Below the pieces are notes generated by a model that saw only the letters and a list, made by a program, of their open reading frames with translations, searched no databases and had not been told where the DNA came from. DNA of 64,000 nt from Synechococcus sp. (GTDB taxonomy: Bacteria > Cyanobacteriota > Cyanobacteriia > PCC-6307 > Cyanobiaceae): positions 800,001 through 864,000 of the forward strand of contig JBJBCN010000003.1 in assembly GCA_047285805.1 (NCBI GenBank), read 5' to 3'. Position numbers and translations under genes: made by a program. Numbering within the stretch: the first letter of the stretch is position 1; every line of letters starts with the position of its first letter. Below, one piece after another: positions 19,760 to 29,784 of this stretch.

Positions 19760-20029
19760 ATGTCCGATCCCCTGATTCGCGAGCTGGATCACTACGTGGT
19801 GCTGGAGCCGGGGAAGCCCGAGCAATTGCTGACCGTTGCGGAGACCTTGGCGTGGCTGCAGCAGCAATTGAGCTCCCTCGAGCCCATCCCAGAGGACCTT
19901 TCGGGCTTGACCACGACGGCCGATCAGGCGCAGCGGTTGCTGGAGACGGCCTGTGAGTTGGAGCTGCAGCCCGGTGTGACGGTGCAGTGGTTTGCGATTC
20001 GACTGGAGCCGCCCGGCGCGGCTAATTGA
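19760..20029 (+). CDS. Chlororespiratory reduction protein 7 (CRR7) family
   Basis: MSDPLIRELDHYVVLEPGKPEQLL...LLETACELE...QWFAIRLE. Confidence 0.8.
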   Translation: MSDPLIRELDHYVVLEPGKPEQLLTVAETLAWLQQQLSSLEPIPEDLSGLTTTADQAQRLLETACELELQPGVTVQWFAIRLEPPGAAN

Positions 20030-20645
20030 TCGAGCTCCCCACCTCGCCGGCGTCGTTGGTGACTTGCAGCTGTCCCAGGGGGGGCGCGGCGCGTTCTTTG
20101 ATGATTGAAGGTAAGACCTCGAGGATTTGCGCTGCCACCTGCTCGGGTGGGCGGCCGTCCTGAAGGATCTGCAGGTCGGCTTGGGCATAGAGCGGGCGGC
20201 GCTCGGCCAGCAAGGCCGCCAGGCGCTCGGCGCGGTCCTCCGCCTCCATCAGCGGACGCGGGGTGGGGTCGGCCTCGAGGCGCTGCAACAGGAGCGCGTC
20301 GGGGGCGTCGAGCCAGATCACGACCCCTTGATGCAGTTCGCCCCAGTTGGCCGGCTGGGTGACGACACCGCCGCCGGTGGCCACAACCAGGGAATGCCAG
20401 GAGGCGATTTGATTGAGCACGGCCGATTCCAGGGCGCGAAACCCGCTCTCCCCTTCGCTGGCAAAAATCTCAGGAATGGAGCGACCAGCCACCTGCTCGA
20501 GGCTGGTGTCGGCGTCGATGAAGCGGTAGTTCAGCGCCTCCGCTAAGTGCCCGCCCACACTGCTTTTGCCGCTGCCCATCATCCCCACCAGATAGAGGTT
20601 CAGGCCTTCCAGTCGCTGCCGCAGCTGGACTCGGGTGTCCTCCAT
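20022..20645 (-). CDS. aroK: Shikimate kinase
   Basis: GMMGSGKS P-loop, GESGFRALE, VATGGG; ATG at 20645. Confidence 0.93.
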   Translation of the reverse strand: MEDTRVQLRQRLEGLNLYLVGMMGSGKSSVGGHLAEALNYRFIDADTSLEQVAGRSIPEIFASEGESGFRALESAVLNQIASWHSLVVATGGGVVTQPANWGELHQGVVIWLDAPDALLLQRLEADPTPRPLMEAEDRAERLAALLAERRPLYAQADLQILQDGRPPEQVAAQILEVLPSIIKERAAPPLGQLQVTNDAGEVGSSIN

Positions 20646-20703
20646 CGGTTCGCCATCGCAAGCACCAACATTCTTAAGATGCGAATCTCCGTTACTCGCT
20701 GTC

Positions 20704-21660
20704 ATGACTCCGCCAGTGATGGCGGCGCCTCCGGCGAGCCCGGTGTCCGTCGCCTCCTATGCCCCCCACGGCCAGGGGCGCCCCTGCGTGATCACGCGCC
20801 GGGCCACCTTCAGTGCCAGCCACCGCTACTGGCTGCCTGAGCTGACCCCGGAGCAGAACGCCGCACAATTCGGCCCCTGCAGCGTGGCCCCTGGCCATGG
20901 CCATAACTACGAGTTGATCGTGGCCATGGGCGGCGGGCTCGATGCCCACGGCATGGTGCTGAACCTCTCGGATGTGAAGCACGCCATCCGCGAGCAGGTC
21001 ACCGCCCAGCTCGATTTCCGCAGCCTGAACGAGGCCTGGCCGGAATTCGACCTGAGCCGTCCGGAGGGGGTCTTGCCCACCACCGAGGCCTTGGTGCATG
21101 CCATCTGGACGCGTCTGGCACCCCACCTGCCCCTGATGGGGCTGCGTCTTTACGAAACCGACAAGCTCTGGGCCGATGTGCTCGGCGATTCCATGGAAGC
21201 CTTCCTGACCATCCGCACCCACTTCGCGGCGGCCCATCGCTTGGCCCGTCCGGAGCTCAGCTTCGAGGAGAATACCGAGATTTACGGCAAGTGCGCCCGG
21301 CCCCACGGCCATGGCCACAACTACCTCTTGGACATCACCGTGCGCGGCGCCATCGACCATCGCACCGGCATGGTCTGTGACCTGGCGGCCCTGCAGTCCG
21401 CGGTGGATGAGTTGGTGGTGGAACCGTTCGATCACACCTTCTTGAACAAGGACGTCGAGCACTTCGCCAACACGGTGCCCACCGCCGAGAACATCGCGCT
21501 GCACATCGCCGATCTGCTTCTATCCCCCGTGGCGGCCCTGGGGGCCTCGCTGCACAAGGTGCGCCTGCAGGAGAGCCCGAACAACGCCGCTGAGGTGTTT
21601 GCGGAGGTGCCCCAGCTGGGCATGAACCCCCAGGCCCTCGAAGCCCTTGCCGGCGCCTGA
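20704..21660 (+). CDS. Dual-domain 6-pyruvoyl-tetrahydropterin / 6-carboxytetrahydropterin synthase family protein
   Basis: Two T-fold repeats, each with a Cys and HGHNY, plus PTTE / PTAENIA. Confidence 0.88.
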   Translation: MTPPVMAAPPASPVSVASYAPHGQGRPCVITRRATFSASHRYWLPELTPEQNAAQFGPCSVAPGHGHNYELIVAMGGGLDAHGMVLNLSDVKHAIREQVTAQLDFRSLNEAWPEFDLSRPEGVLPTTEALVHAIWTRLAPHLPLMGLRLYETDKLWADVLGDSMEAFLTIRTHFAAAHRLARPELSFEENTEIYGKCARPHGHGHNYLLDITVRGAIDHRTGMVCDLAALQSAVDELVVEPFDHTFLNKDVEHFANTVPTAENIALHIADLLLSPVAALGASLHKVRLQESPNNAAEVFAEVPQLGMNPQALEALAGA

Positions 21661-22270
21661 GGTCAGGCTGGTTCTGGCCGTCAGCCTCGATGGCCGCCTG
21701 GCTCCCGCTACAGGGGGTGCTGCCCAACTCGGTGGATCCGGTGATCGCCGCGCCTTAGAGGAGGCCTTGGCCTGGGCCGATGGCGCCCTGGTCGGCGGTC
21801 AAACCATCCGCGCCCATGGCTGCACCTGTGTGATTCGCGACGCCGATCTCTTGGAGCGGCGCCAGCAGGAGGGGCGTCCGCCCCAGCCCGCGGCCCTGGT
21901 GGTGAGTCGCCAATCGGACTGGGATCAGGACTTGCGCTTGTTCGAGCAGCCCCTGGAGCGTTGGCTGCTGGGGCCCCACGAGGCTGCCCCCGCTGGTTTT
22001 GATCGAGCCCTACGTCTCGCGTCCTGGCCCCAAACCTTGGCCGCGACTGGTTGTGCACGTTTGCTCCTGCTCGGAGGAGCCCAGCTGGCCTCCCAACTGC
22101 TGGCTGAGGCGCTCGTCGATGAGCTGCAGCTCACGCTGGTGCCCCAGCTGCTGGGAGGGCCCCACAGCTGGTTGCGTTCCGATCTCGCCTTGGAGTCTCG
22201 TGGCTGGCAGCTCGTGGAGCATCGCCCCTTGGGGGGAGAAGAGTTGTTGCTGCGTTACCGCCGCACCTGA
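21647..22270 (+). CDS. RibD C-terminal / dihydrofolate-reductase-fold protein
   Basis: AVSLDGRLA, LLLGGAQLA, LVDELQLTLVP; overlaps the PTPS stop. Confidence 0.85.
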   Translation: MPAPEVRLVLAVSLDGRLAPATGGAAQLGGSGDRRALEEALAWADGALVGGQTIRAHGCTCVIRDADLLERRQQEGRPPQPAALVVSRQSDWDQDLRLFEQPLERWLLGPHEAAPAGFDRALRLASWPQTLAATGCARLLLLGGAQLASQLLAEALVDELQLTLVPQLLGGPHSWLRSDLALESRGWQLVEHRPLGGEELLLRYRRT

Positions 22271-22584
22271 GCCTTGAGGCTGTTGAAGCGCTCGGCCAGG
22301 TCCCTCAGCGGCAGCCGCCCAAAGGTCTCCGGCGGAAGCCCCAGCATCCGTCCGGCGCAGCGCTTGACCACGACCTCCAGGTCGTCGCCAAAGCGTCCGG
22401 CCATTAACTCGGTGATCACCCCGAGGCTGCGCCCGCTTGATTGGGTCTCGGCCACCAGGCAGCGGCGGGTGGGGGCGGCGAGGGCCTGGCAGGCCGGCGT
22501 GAGCCGCTCCGTCAGGCTGCTGTTGCCCATGGCGCTCCACCGCAGGCAGGCCTCGCTGAGCTTGGCTTCCAGCTGCGGCCGCAT
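22255..22584 (-). CDS. Hypothetical four-cysteine protein; start uncertain
   Basis: C-terminal part of the track ORF 22255..23562; fills the gap between plus-strand genes. A signal-like segment lies upstream of ATG 22584. Confidence 0.6.
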   Translation of the reverse strand: MRPQLEAKLSEACLRWSAMGNSSLTERLTPACQALAAPTRRCLVAETQSSGRSLGVITELMAGRFGDDLEVVVKRCAGRMLGLPPETFGRLPLRDLAERFNSLKAQVRR

Positions 22585-22698
22585 CAGGTTGAGAACGGGG
22601 CTGAGCAAGCCAGCCTGGCTGGGCGTTGCCAGGCCCCCGATGGCGAGGGCCGTAGCCGTTAGCGTTCTTCCCGCTGCCTGCCCCCTTGTCTTGAGCTG

Positions 22699-23883
22699 AT
22701 GGCCGAGCTCACTGTTCGCTGGCACCGATCTATTGAAGAGATCCCCGAGGCGCATTGGCAGGCCCTCACGGAGGCGGCTGGGCTCCCCTTCTACTCCTGG
22801 CGTTGGCTGGCCGGCCTGGAGCGCTCTGGAAGTGTCGCCCCGCGGCAAGGCTGGCAGCCCTGTCACTTGAGCTTGTGGCGTGAGGAGCAGGTGATCGCGG
22901 TGGCTCCGCTCTACCTGAAGGGCCACAGCTACGGCGAATTCGTCTTCGACCAGTCCTTTGCCCAATTGGCCGCTCAGCTGGGTCAGCGCTACTACCCGAA
23001 GCTGCTGGGGATGAGCCCCCTGAGCCCCGTGGTGGGCTACCGCTTTTTCACCGCGACCGGCGAAGACCCCCAGCAGGTCACGGCTCTGCTGATGCAGTGC
23101 ATAGATCGCTTCTGCGCGGAGCATCAAATCTTCAGCTGCAACTTCCTCTACGCCGATCCCCAATGGCAGGCCCTGGCGGAGAGGTCGGGATGCGCCACCT
23201 GGCTGAACCAGCAGAGCTTGTGGAGCAACCAGAGCTATGGCTGCTTCGACGACTACCTCGCGAGCTTTAACGCCAACCAACGCCGCAACATCAAGCGCGA
23301 GCGCAAGGCCGTGGAGCGCGCGGGGATCACGGTGACACCCCTGGCGGGCCAGGACCTCCCGGCGGAGATGTTGGAGCGGATGCACCACTTCTATGCCCAG
23401 CACTGCGCCCGTTGGGGGCCCTGGGGCAGCAAGTACCTCACGGAAGCCTTCTTTGATGAGGCGGCGGCCGACTTGCGGGAGCACCTGGTGCTCTTCAGTG
23501 CCCACCGCGGCGATCCCTTGGATCCGGTGGCGATGTCGCTTTGCGTGCACGCCGGCGACCAACTATGGGGCCGCTACTGGGGCAGTGACGAGGAGATCGA
23601 CAACCTCCACTTTGAGGTCTGCTACTACGCCCCGATCCAGTGGGCGATTGAGCGCGGCATCCAGCGGTTTGACCCCGGCGCTGGGGGCAGCCACAAGCGC
23701 CGCCGCGGGTTTGTCGCCCGCTCCCACGCCTCCCTGCACCGTTGGTACTACGAGCCCTTTGATGCCATCGCCCGGCGTTGGTTGCCGGAGGCCAACAGCG
23801 AGCAGCTCAGTCAGATTGAGGCGGTCAATGCTGAGCTGCCCTTCACGGGGGCGACGCGATCCCTGACGGATTCAGCTGCGTAG
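22699..23883 (+). CDS. GNAT-family (FemAB-like, DUF482) N-acyltransferase
   Basis: PLYLKGHSYGEFVFD, LWGRYWG, LHFEVCYY, HKRRRGF. Confidence 0.88.
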   Translation: MAELTVRWHRSIEEIPEAHWQALTEAAGLPFYSWRWLAGLERSGSVAPRQGWQPCHLSLWREEQVIAVAPLYLKGHSYGEFVFDQSFAQLAAQLGQRYYPKLLGMSPLSPVVGYRFFTATGEDPQQVTALLMQCIDRFCAEHQIFSCNFLYADPQWQALAERSGCATWLNQQSLWSNQSYGCFDDYLASFNANQRRNIKRERKAVERAGITVTPLAGQDLPAEMLERMHHFYAQHCARWGPWGSKYLTEAFFDEAAADLREHLVLFSAHRGDPLDPVAMSLCVHAGDQLWGRYWGSDEEIDNLHFEVCYYAPIQWAIERGIQRFDPGAGGSHKRRRGFVARSHASLHRWYYEPFDAIARRWLPEANSEQLSQIEAVNAELPFTGATRSLTDSAA

Positions 23884-23892
23884 CATCCGCCC

Positions 23893-24279
23893 ATGAGTCC
23901 TTTCAACGCTGAGCAGCGCCGCAGCCTCGATGAGGGGCTCTCCCAGCGCTTCATTGCGCTCGATCCCGCTGGCTATTTCCTGATCAAGCTCGACCGTGAA
24001 ACCGGGGAGTTGATCGCGGAGCACTACAGCAATGCCATTGATGATCGGGGCCTCGCCACGGATCCTGAAACCGGAGAGGTGATCAGCTGCAAAGGGGCTG
24101 GACCGCGCGCACCCGTCGCGATCTTCCGCGGACGGAGCGCCAAGGAGCTGGGCATGGCCCTCAGCGAAGGAGACGGTCCCTATCCCCTGAGCTGCCTGGA
24201 TCACGCTCTTTACCTGGGCCGTGAACTGCAGAAGGCGGAGCAGGCCCTCGAGACAGGTGCTCCCTACATCCAGGACTAA
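23893..24279 (+). CDS. DUF4346-domain protein
   Basis: LDPAGYFLI, DHALYLGRELQKAE, YIQD C-terminus. Confidence 0.85.
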   Translation: MSPFNAEQRRSLDEGLSQRFIALDPAGYFLIKLDRETGELIAEHYSNAIDDRGLATDPETGEVISCKGAGPRAPVAIFRGRSAKELGMALSEGDGPYPLSCLDHALYLGRELQKAEQALETGAPYIQD

Positions 24280-25871
24280 ACCGGCTGCAGTTCGCGGGTG
24301 GCCATCGGGGGCTCTGGGGGCAGGGCCGCGAGTTGCTCTTTGATCTCCTCGGTAACCACGGAGCGGTATTCCATGAAGTGTTCGTTGTGGGCGAGCACCA
24401 CCAGGAACTGTTCCAGGACAGCGGGGTTTTTCCGCGCGACCTCCAGCAGGGAAAGCCAGAAGCGAAAACGGGTGTTGCGTTTGAAGCCCTGACGCCAGAG
24501 CACGATCAGCAGTGCACGGACATCGGTCCAGGCGGGTAGGGAAGCTTTGCCGAAGGTCGCCGGCACAAACTCCTGCCAGCGGGGTTTGCCCATTTTCAAG
24601 TAGTAGTGCTTGACCCGATCGATGTAGGCGTTGGGTTCGTAAAGGCGACAGAAGGCGTCGACGTACTCGTTGGCGATGTCTTGAATCGGCCTGGTAGGTA
24701 CGAAGTTGAGCAAGTTGGTCTGGTTGACCCCCTTGGCGTCCGCCGTCTCTTGGATGAGGCGGCCTTCTTTCTCCAGCCGGTGCCAGAGGCCCGTGTTCGG
24801 CAGTGCCTGGAGCATCCCCATCATCGCGGCGGGGATCCCGGTGCGGGTCACGAATTCGACAATACGATCGCCGGCCCCTGTCTTTTCGCCATCGAAACCG
24901 ATGATGAAGCCGGCCATCACTCGGAGGCCGTAGGAGTTGATCCGATCGACGGCTTCCTCAAGGGAGCTGCGGGTGTTCTGGTGCTTCCCGGCGACCGAGA
25001 GGCTGGCTTCGTCGGGGGTCTCAATGCCGAGGAAGACCGAATCAAAACGGCACTCGGCCATCATCTGCATCAGTTCCTCATCCGCGGCCAAGTCCACGGA
25101 GGCTTCCGTGGCGAAGCTGAAGGGATAGCCCCTCTCGATCTGCCATTGCTTCAGGGCCGGCAGCAGCAATTTGGCGTTGCGCTTGTTGCCGATGAAGTTG
25201 TCATCCACCAGGAAGATCGAGCGCCGCCAGCCCAAGTCGTAGAGGTACTTGAGCTCAGCGATCAACTGTTCAGGTGTCTTGGTTCTGGGCTTGCGGCCGT
25301 AGAGAACGATGATGTCGCAGAACTCGCACTGGAACGGACAGCCCCTGGAGAACTGCACGCTCATCGAGTCGTAGGCATCGAGCTTCAACAGGTCAAAGCG
25401 TGGTACCGGTGTGGTGGTCACGTCCGGCTTCTCACCGTTGGCGCTAAAGCGGCCGCCGGCCTCTCCCTTTTCGATCGCCTCAATGAACATCGGCAGGGTG
25501 ATTTCACCCTCATCGAGCACCTTGAAGTCCGCCAGGCCCAATTCCGGGGCATCGGGGGTGGAGCTGGCGAAGGGACCGCCGACCGCCACGGGTAGACCGC
25601 GCTCTTTGGCCTTGGCGATCTGTACGGCCATGTCGGCCTTCTGAACGATCATCCCGGAGATGACCACCAGCTCGGCCCAGTCCCAATCGGCTTGGGTGAC
25701 ATCTTCGACGTTGCGATCCACAAGCTTCATCGGCCAGTGCTGGGGCAGCAGCGCGGCCACGGTCACCATCCCCAAGGGGGGGAGGAGCACCTTGCGATTG
25801 ACGAGCTCGAGAATTTTCTCGTAGCTCCAAAAAGTCTTCGGGAACTCGGGGTAGATGAACAAGGTGTTCAT
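24276..25871 (-). CDS. B12-binding radical SAM protein
   Basis: LPPLG N-terminal cobalamin-binding region, SRGCPFQCEFC, VDDNFIGN. Confidence 0.9.
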   Translation of the reverse strand: MNTLFIYPEFPKTFWSYEKILELVNRKVLLPPLGMVTVAALLPQHWPMKLVDRNVEDVTQADWDWAELVVISGMIVQKADMAVQIAKAKERGLPVAVGGPFASSTPDAPELGLADFKVLDEGEITLPMFIEAIEKGEAGGRFSANGEKPDVTTTPVPRFDLLKLDAYDSMSVQFSRGCPFQCEFCDIIVLYGRKPRTKTPEQLIAELKYLYDLGWRRSIFLVDDNFIGNKRNAKLLLPALKQWQIERGYPFSFATEASVDLAADEELMQMMAECRFDSVFLGIETPDEASLSVAGKHQNTRSSLEEAVDRINSYGLRVMAGFIIGFDGEKTGAGDRIVEFVTRTGIPAAMMGMLQALPNTGLWHRLEKEGRLIQETADAKGVNQTNLLNFVPTRPIQDIANEYVDAFCRLYEPNAYIDRVKHYYLKMGKPRWQEFVPATFGKASLPAWTDVRALLIVLWRQGFKRNTRFRFWLSLLEVARKNPAVLEQFLVVLAHNEHFMEYRSVVTEEIKEQLAALPPEPPMATRELQPV

Positions 25872-26013
25872 GCCGTTCGGTGGTCTCCAGTGAGATGCGT
25901 GGAACGGCTGTCCCCAGCAGGGACCTCCGAGTTGATGGAGCCCACCCTAGGCCGATTGACCTGGGGGAGGGCTGGTTTCTGCTCTAATAGCGCTCAGTTG
26001 CAACCACTGAACC

Positions 26014-26106
26014 ATGGGCCCCGTGATCTATCTCGCACTGGTCGGCGGTGGTTTGGTGGCCGCTGCTGTCATCTCCTTCGTCCTGCGCGGCATCAAGCTG
26101 ATCTGA
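26014..26106 (+). CDS. petL: Cytochrome b6f complex subunit VI
   Basis: Below the track cutoff. MGPVIYLALVGGGLVAAAVISFVLRGIKLI: 30 aa, single TM, ending IKLI as in PetL. Confidence 0.8.
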   Translation: MGPVIYLALVGGGLVAAAVISFVLRGIKLI

Positions 26107-26110
26107 ACGC

Positions 26111-27349
26111 CTAGCTGAGCCGCATCGCGCGGTTTCGCGAGAGTTCCCAGATCCCAAGAGCTGCCCCCAGGCTTCCCAGTACAGCCAAGCAGCTCCACAG
26201 CCCCCCCGGCAGCGTTTCAGTCAGAAAAGCTGCCGCTAGGCCACTGAGACCACCCCCGCCCAGGAAGGCGATCTGACCAAGGCCTGCCATTCGTCCCCGG
26301 AGCACCTGGGGGGCATGCACTTGGATAATCAGATTGGTGCCCGCCAACAGGCTGGCGGTGCCAGCCCCGATTAAGAAAGCCATGGCCAAGCCCCAGGCCA
26401 GTCCGGCTTGGATTGATAACCCGAGCTGGGCGAGGGCGGTCAGCAGGGTCGTACTGCCCAGGAGCCAGCCGGGCCGGAGGCTGACGGCCGCGGCGTGACG
26501 CTGCAACAGCACGCCTCCGCAGATGCTGCCGCAGGCGAGAACACTGGTGAAGAGCCCAAGGGCCATCGGGCTGGGTCCGAGCAGCTCCATTGCCATCAGC
26601 GGGGCTAGCCCCGGGTGGAAGAAGCCCACGAGGCAGGCCGCGGCGGTGAAACTCAGGACGTGCCGGAGCCGCGCGCCACAGTCGCACCAAGCGGTGAAGA
26701 GGTTGGCGGCTTGCCCTTTTCCACTCCGGCGTTCCCTCTCGCGATGGGGAGCCATCAGCCAGAGCAAGGTGAGGATCGGGAAGAGATAGGTGGCGGCATC
26801 CAAGCTGAGGGCCAGGGTTGGGCCGGTGGCTGCCAACAGGAGTCCCCCCAGGGGAGGTCCCACCAATTTGCCCACGTTGAAGATCACGGAGAAGCTGGCC
26901 AGATAGGGGCCGAGCTGCTCGGGCTGATCCACCAGCAGGGCGACGTATTTGTTGCGGGCTGTCAGTTCGTAGGTGCTGGCGATTCCAATGCCCAAGGTGC
27001 TGAGCAGCAGCAAGACGTCTTGCTGCGGTCCCACAGTCAAGGGAATGGCGATCGCCCCGAGCACGGCGGCCACCATCAGCGCCCATTGGGCGCGAATCAG
27101 GACCCGCTCACTGCCCAGGCGATCGGTGAGCACCCCCGCTGGACCACTGACGACCAGGGTCGGCAGGGTGAGCATGGCGAAGTTGAGCGCCAGCAAGAAC
27201 GGGTTTTCGGCCCCCTCCATCAGCAGCCAGCCCTTGGCGGTCAGCCCGGCAAAGGATCCGGCCGTGCTAACTCCGGAGGCCAGAAGAAAGGTGGTGCGTT
27301 GATGGCGCGTGAGGCGCCCCTGGAGGCGCTTCAGTCCCCGCAGGATCAA
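26111..27349 (-). CDS. MFS transporter
   Basis: About 12 TM segments, GVLTDRLG motif A, LRGRMAG. Confidence 0.88.
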   Translation of the reverse strand: MILRGLKRLQGRLTRHQRTTFLLASGVSTAGSFAGLTAKGWLLMEGAENPFLLALNFAMLTLPTLVVSGPAGVLTDRLGSERVLIRAQWALMVAAVLGAIAIPLTVGPQQDVLLLLSTLGIGIASTYELTARNKYVALLVDQPEQLGPYLASFSVIFNVGKLVGPPLGGLLLAATGPTLALSLDAATYLFPILTLLWLMAPHRERERRSGKGQAANLFTAWCDCGARLRHVLSFTAAACLVGFFHPGLAPLMAMELLGPSPMALGLFTSVLACGSICGGVLLQRHAAAVSLRPGWLLGSTTLLTALAQLGLSIQAGLAWGLAMAFLIGAGTASLLAGTNLIIQVHAPQVLRGRMAGLGQIAFLGGGGLSGLAAAFLTETLPGGLWSCLAVLGSLGAALGIWELSRNRAMRLS

Positions 27350-28743
27350 GAGGGACCCCGGTGCGCGGAGAGGGCTTTGCTGACTATGGCCTTGGCGCCC
27401 ACCACCTCGCCAATCAGGTCGTAGGTGTCAGCGGCGGTGATGCGGACGGGCACCATCGTTCCGGGTGCAGCACACAGTCCCCCTTCGCCGGGTATGACCC
27501 GTACTTCGCCGTCCACCTCCGGTGCAAAGCGTGCGCAGCGTCCGATCATTTTGCCGCTGCTGGGGTTCTCCTGCTCAATCAGTACGTCCACGATTCGTCC
27601 CACCCAGGTGGCATTGCGCTCGGCGGCGATGGGCTGTTGCAGAGCCATTAGGCGGTCTTTGCGATCCGCGGCGATCTCGGCAGGCACCTGGTTGGGCAGC
27701 TCGGCCGCGGGAGTCCCCTCCTCGGGGGAGAAGGTGAAGACCCCGACGTGGTCGAAGCGTTGCTCGGCGACGAAATCCAGGAGGTGCTGGAACTGCTCCT
27801 CGGTTTCTCCGGGGTAGCCCACGATGAAGGTGGTGCGCAGCACTGCCTCGGGAAGTTGCTCGCGAATGCGCGCCAGAACCACATTGGTGACATCGGCCTG
27901 CCAGGGGCGATTCATCGCCCGCAGGACATCCGGGTGGCTGTGCTGGAGCGGTAGATCCAGATAGGGCAGCACGTTCGGCACGTCGCGGTAGGCCGCGAGG
28001 ACATCCGGTGTGAGGCCCGTCGGGTAGGCGTAGTGGACACGAATCCAGGGGATCTCAACCTGCCCGAGGGCCCGCAGCAGCTCAGCTAATTGGGGCTTGC
28101 CCGCCAGGTCGAGGCCGTAATTGGTGGTGATCTGACTGATCAGCACCAGCTCCTGAACGCCCTGGGCAGCGAGTTGCTGCGCCTCGGCGACGATGCTCTC
28201 GATCGTGCGGGAGCGTTGGTCCCCGCGCAGGTGGGGAATGATGCAGAACGCGCAGCGGTAATCGCAGCCCTCAGCGACCTTCAAATAGGCGATGGCCTCG
28301 CTGGTGGTGCGGTATCGGGGCAGGTTCTCGTCGCCCACAAAGGTGGGAGTAGCGCTGACTTGGTTCACCCGTTCGCCGGCTTCGACGCGCTCGAGGACGC
28401 TGACGATGTGTTGGTAGTCGCCCGTTCCAACAATCGCCTTGGCTTCCGGCAGGCTTTCGAGCAGCTCGTCTTGAAAGTGCTGGGCCAGGCAGCCGGCGAT
28501 GATCAGTTCCTTGCCTTGCTCCGCCAGCTCCACCAGGGTGCGCACGGACTCTTCCCGGGCGTCCTGGATGAAGCTGCAGGTGTTGACCACGACGACGTTG
28601 GCGTCGGCTTCATCGGCGCTAACCCCATAACCGGCCTCCGCCAGCAGCCCGAGCATGTGCTCGGTGTCGACTCGGTTTTTTTCGCAGCCGAGATGCGCGA
28701 ACGCCACGGTTTTGCCAGTGCTCTTGCGGGCGCTATCGGTCAT
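27346..28743 (-). CDS. rimO: Ribosomal protein S12 methylthiotransferase
   Basis: [37 protein letters not shown] domain; ATG at 28743. Confidence 0.93.
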   Translation of the reverse strand: MTDSARKSTGKTVAFAHLGCEKNRVDTEHMLGLLAEAGYGVSADEADANVVVVNTCSFIQDAREESVRTLVELAEQGKELIIAGCLAQHFQDELLESLPEAKAIVGTGDYQHIVSVLERVEAGERVNQVSATPTFVGDENLPRYRTTSEAIAYLKVAEGCDYRCAFCIIPHLRGDQRSRTIESIVAEAQQLAAQGVQELVLISQITTNYGLDLAGKPQLAELLRALGQVEIPWIRVHYAYPTGLTPDVLAAYRDVPNVLPYLDLPLQHSHPDVLRAMNRPWQADVTNVVLARIREQLPEAVLRTTFIVGYPGETEEQFQHLLDFVAEQRFDHVGVFTFSPEEGTPAAELPNQVPAEIAADRKDRLMALQQPIAAERNATWVGRIVDVLIEQENPSSGKMIGRCARFAPEVDGEVRVIPGEGGLCAAPGTMVPVRITAADTYDLIGEVVGAKAIVSKALSAHRGPS

Positions 28744-28839
28744 GGAGGAACTCAAGGGGTACGGCCGCGCGCTGGCCAATCCCTAACCCTACTAATCAGG
28801 ATCCCTGCCAAAATCCGTGCAGATTCAAGGACCTTTGCC

Positions 28840-29781
28840 GTGAGCTCATCACGCCTAAGTGAGCGTCTTGGAAGCCATCGCCGAAGGGGCGATGGCGGTC
28901 GCCGCTGGATGAGGGTGGTGATGGCCATTTTGGCCACCATTGGCGTGCTTGACACCGGCTCGATCACCCTGAGCAAGTGGGGCTGGATTGGGGACCTGAG
29001 CTGTAGCTCCGCCGGTCTGTTCGGCTGCAATGGCTGCGACAAAGTGCTCTCAAGTGCCTGGGGATCGCTGCTGGGGCAACCACTGGCGCTGTTTGGCCTG
29101 CTCGGTTACGGCGCGGTTCTGCTGATGGCAGTTGTTCCTCTTGTGCTGCAGGGAGACCTGCGGGTCAGTTTGGGCCAGAAGAGCTGGTGGGGGTTGTTTC
29201 TACTCAGCACCGGCATGGCGATCTTCAGCGGGGTGCTGCTGGGGGTGATGGCCTTTGGCATTCGCGATTGCTGCCCCTTCTGCATCCTCTCGGCTGTGCT
29301 GAGCACAGCCCTGTTTGTCCTGAGCTTGATCGGTGGGGATTTTGAGGATCGCGGTCAGCTGATCTTCAGCGGATTGATCACGGCCCTGTTGGTTGGTGTG
29401 ATTGGTTTGGGCTGGGCAGCCTCCGTGGGGCGGCCTGTTGTTGACAGTGCACCGGGCGTAGGCCCTCCGGTCCGCAGCGAGAGCAATGCCGGCCAGATCG
29501 CCTTGGCGGAGCACTTGACGGAATCCGGCGCCAAGCTCTACACGGCCTACTGGTGCCCCCACTGCCATGACCAAAAGGAGCTGTTCGGTCGTCAGGCCTC
29601 AGAGAAGTTGACGGTTATTGAATGCGCGCCCGATGGCCTCAACAGCCAGCGTGAGCTCTGTGAGGCCAAGAAGATTGAGGGATATCCCACCTGGGAGATC
29701 CAGGGCCAGCTTGATTCCGGTGTGAAACCCCTGGCCAAGTTGGCTGAGGCCAGTGGCTACCCGGGCCTGGCCCTGAAGTAG
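28840..29781 (+). CDS. VKOR-thioredoxin-like fusion (disulfide bond formation)
   Basis: CDKVLSSAW, CPFC in the TM domain, WCPHC in the Trx domain; GTG at 28840. Confidence 0.88.
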   Translation: MSSSRLSERLGSHRRRGDGGRRWMRVVMAILATIGVLDTGSITLSKWGWIGDLSCSSAGLFGCNGCDKVLSSAWGSLLGQPLALFGLLGYGAVLLMAVVPLVLQGDLRVSLGQKSWWGLFLLSTGMAIFSGVLLGVMAFGIRDCCPFCILSAVLSTALFVLSLIGGDFEDRGQLIFSGLITALLVGVIGLGWAASVGRPVVDSAPGVGPPVRSESNAGQIALAEHLTESGAKLYTAYWCPHCHDQKELFGRQASEKLTVIECAPDGLNSQRELCEAKKIEGYPTWEIQGQLDSGVKPLAKLAEASGYPGLALK

Positions 29782-29784
29782 CCG

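Noticed and set aside
28090..28839. Long N-terminal extensions in track ORFs (VKOR, iscA, ndhO)
   Set aside because: They overlap opposite-strand genes; internal starts match the family N-termini.
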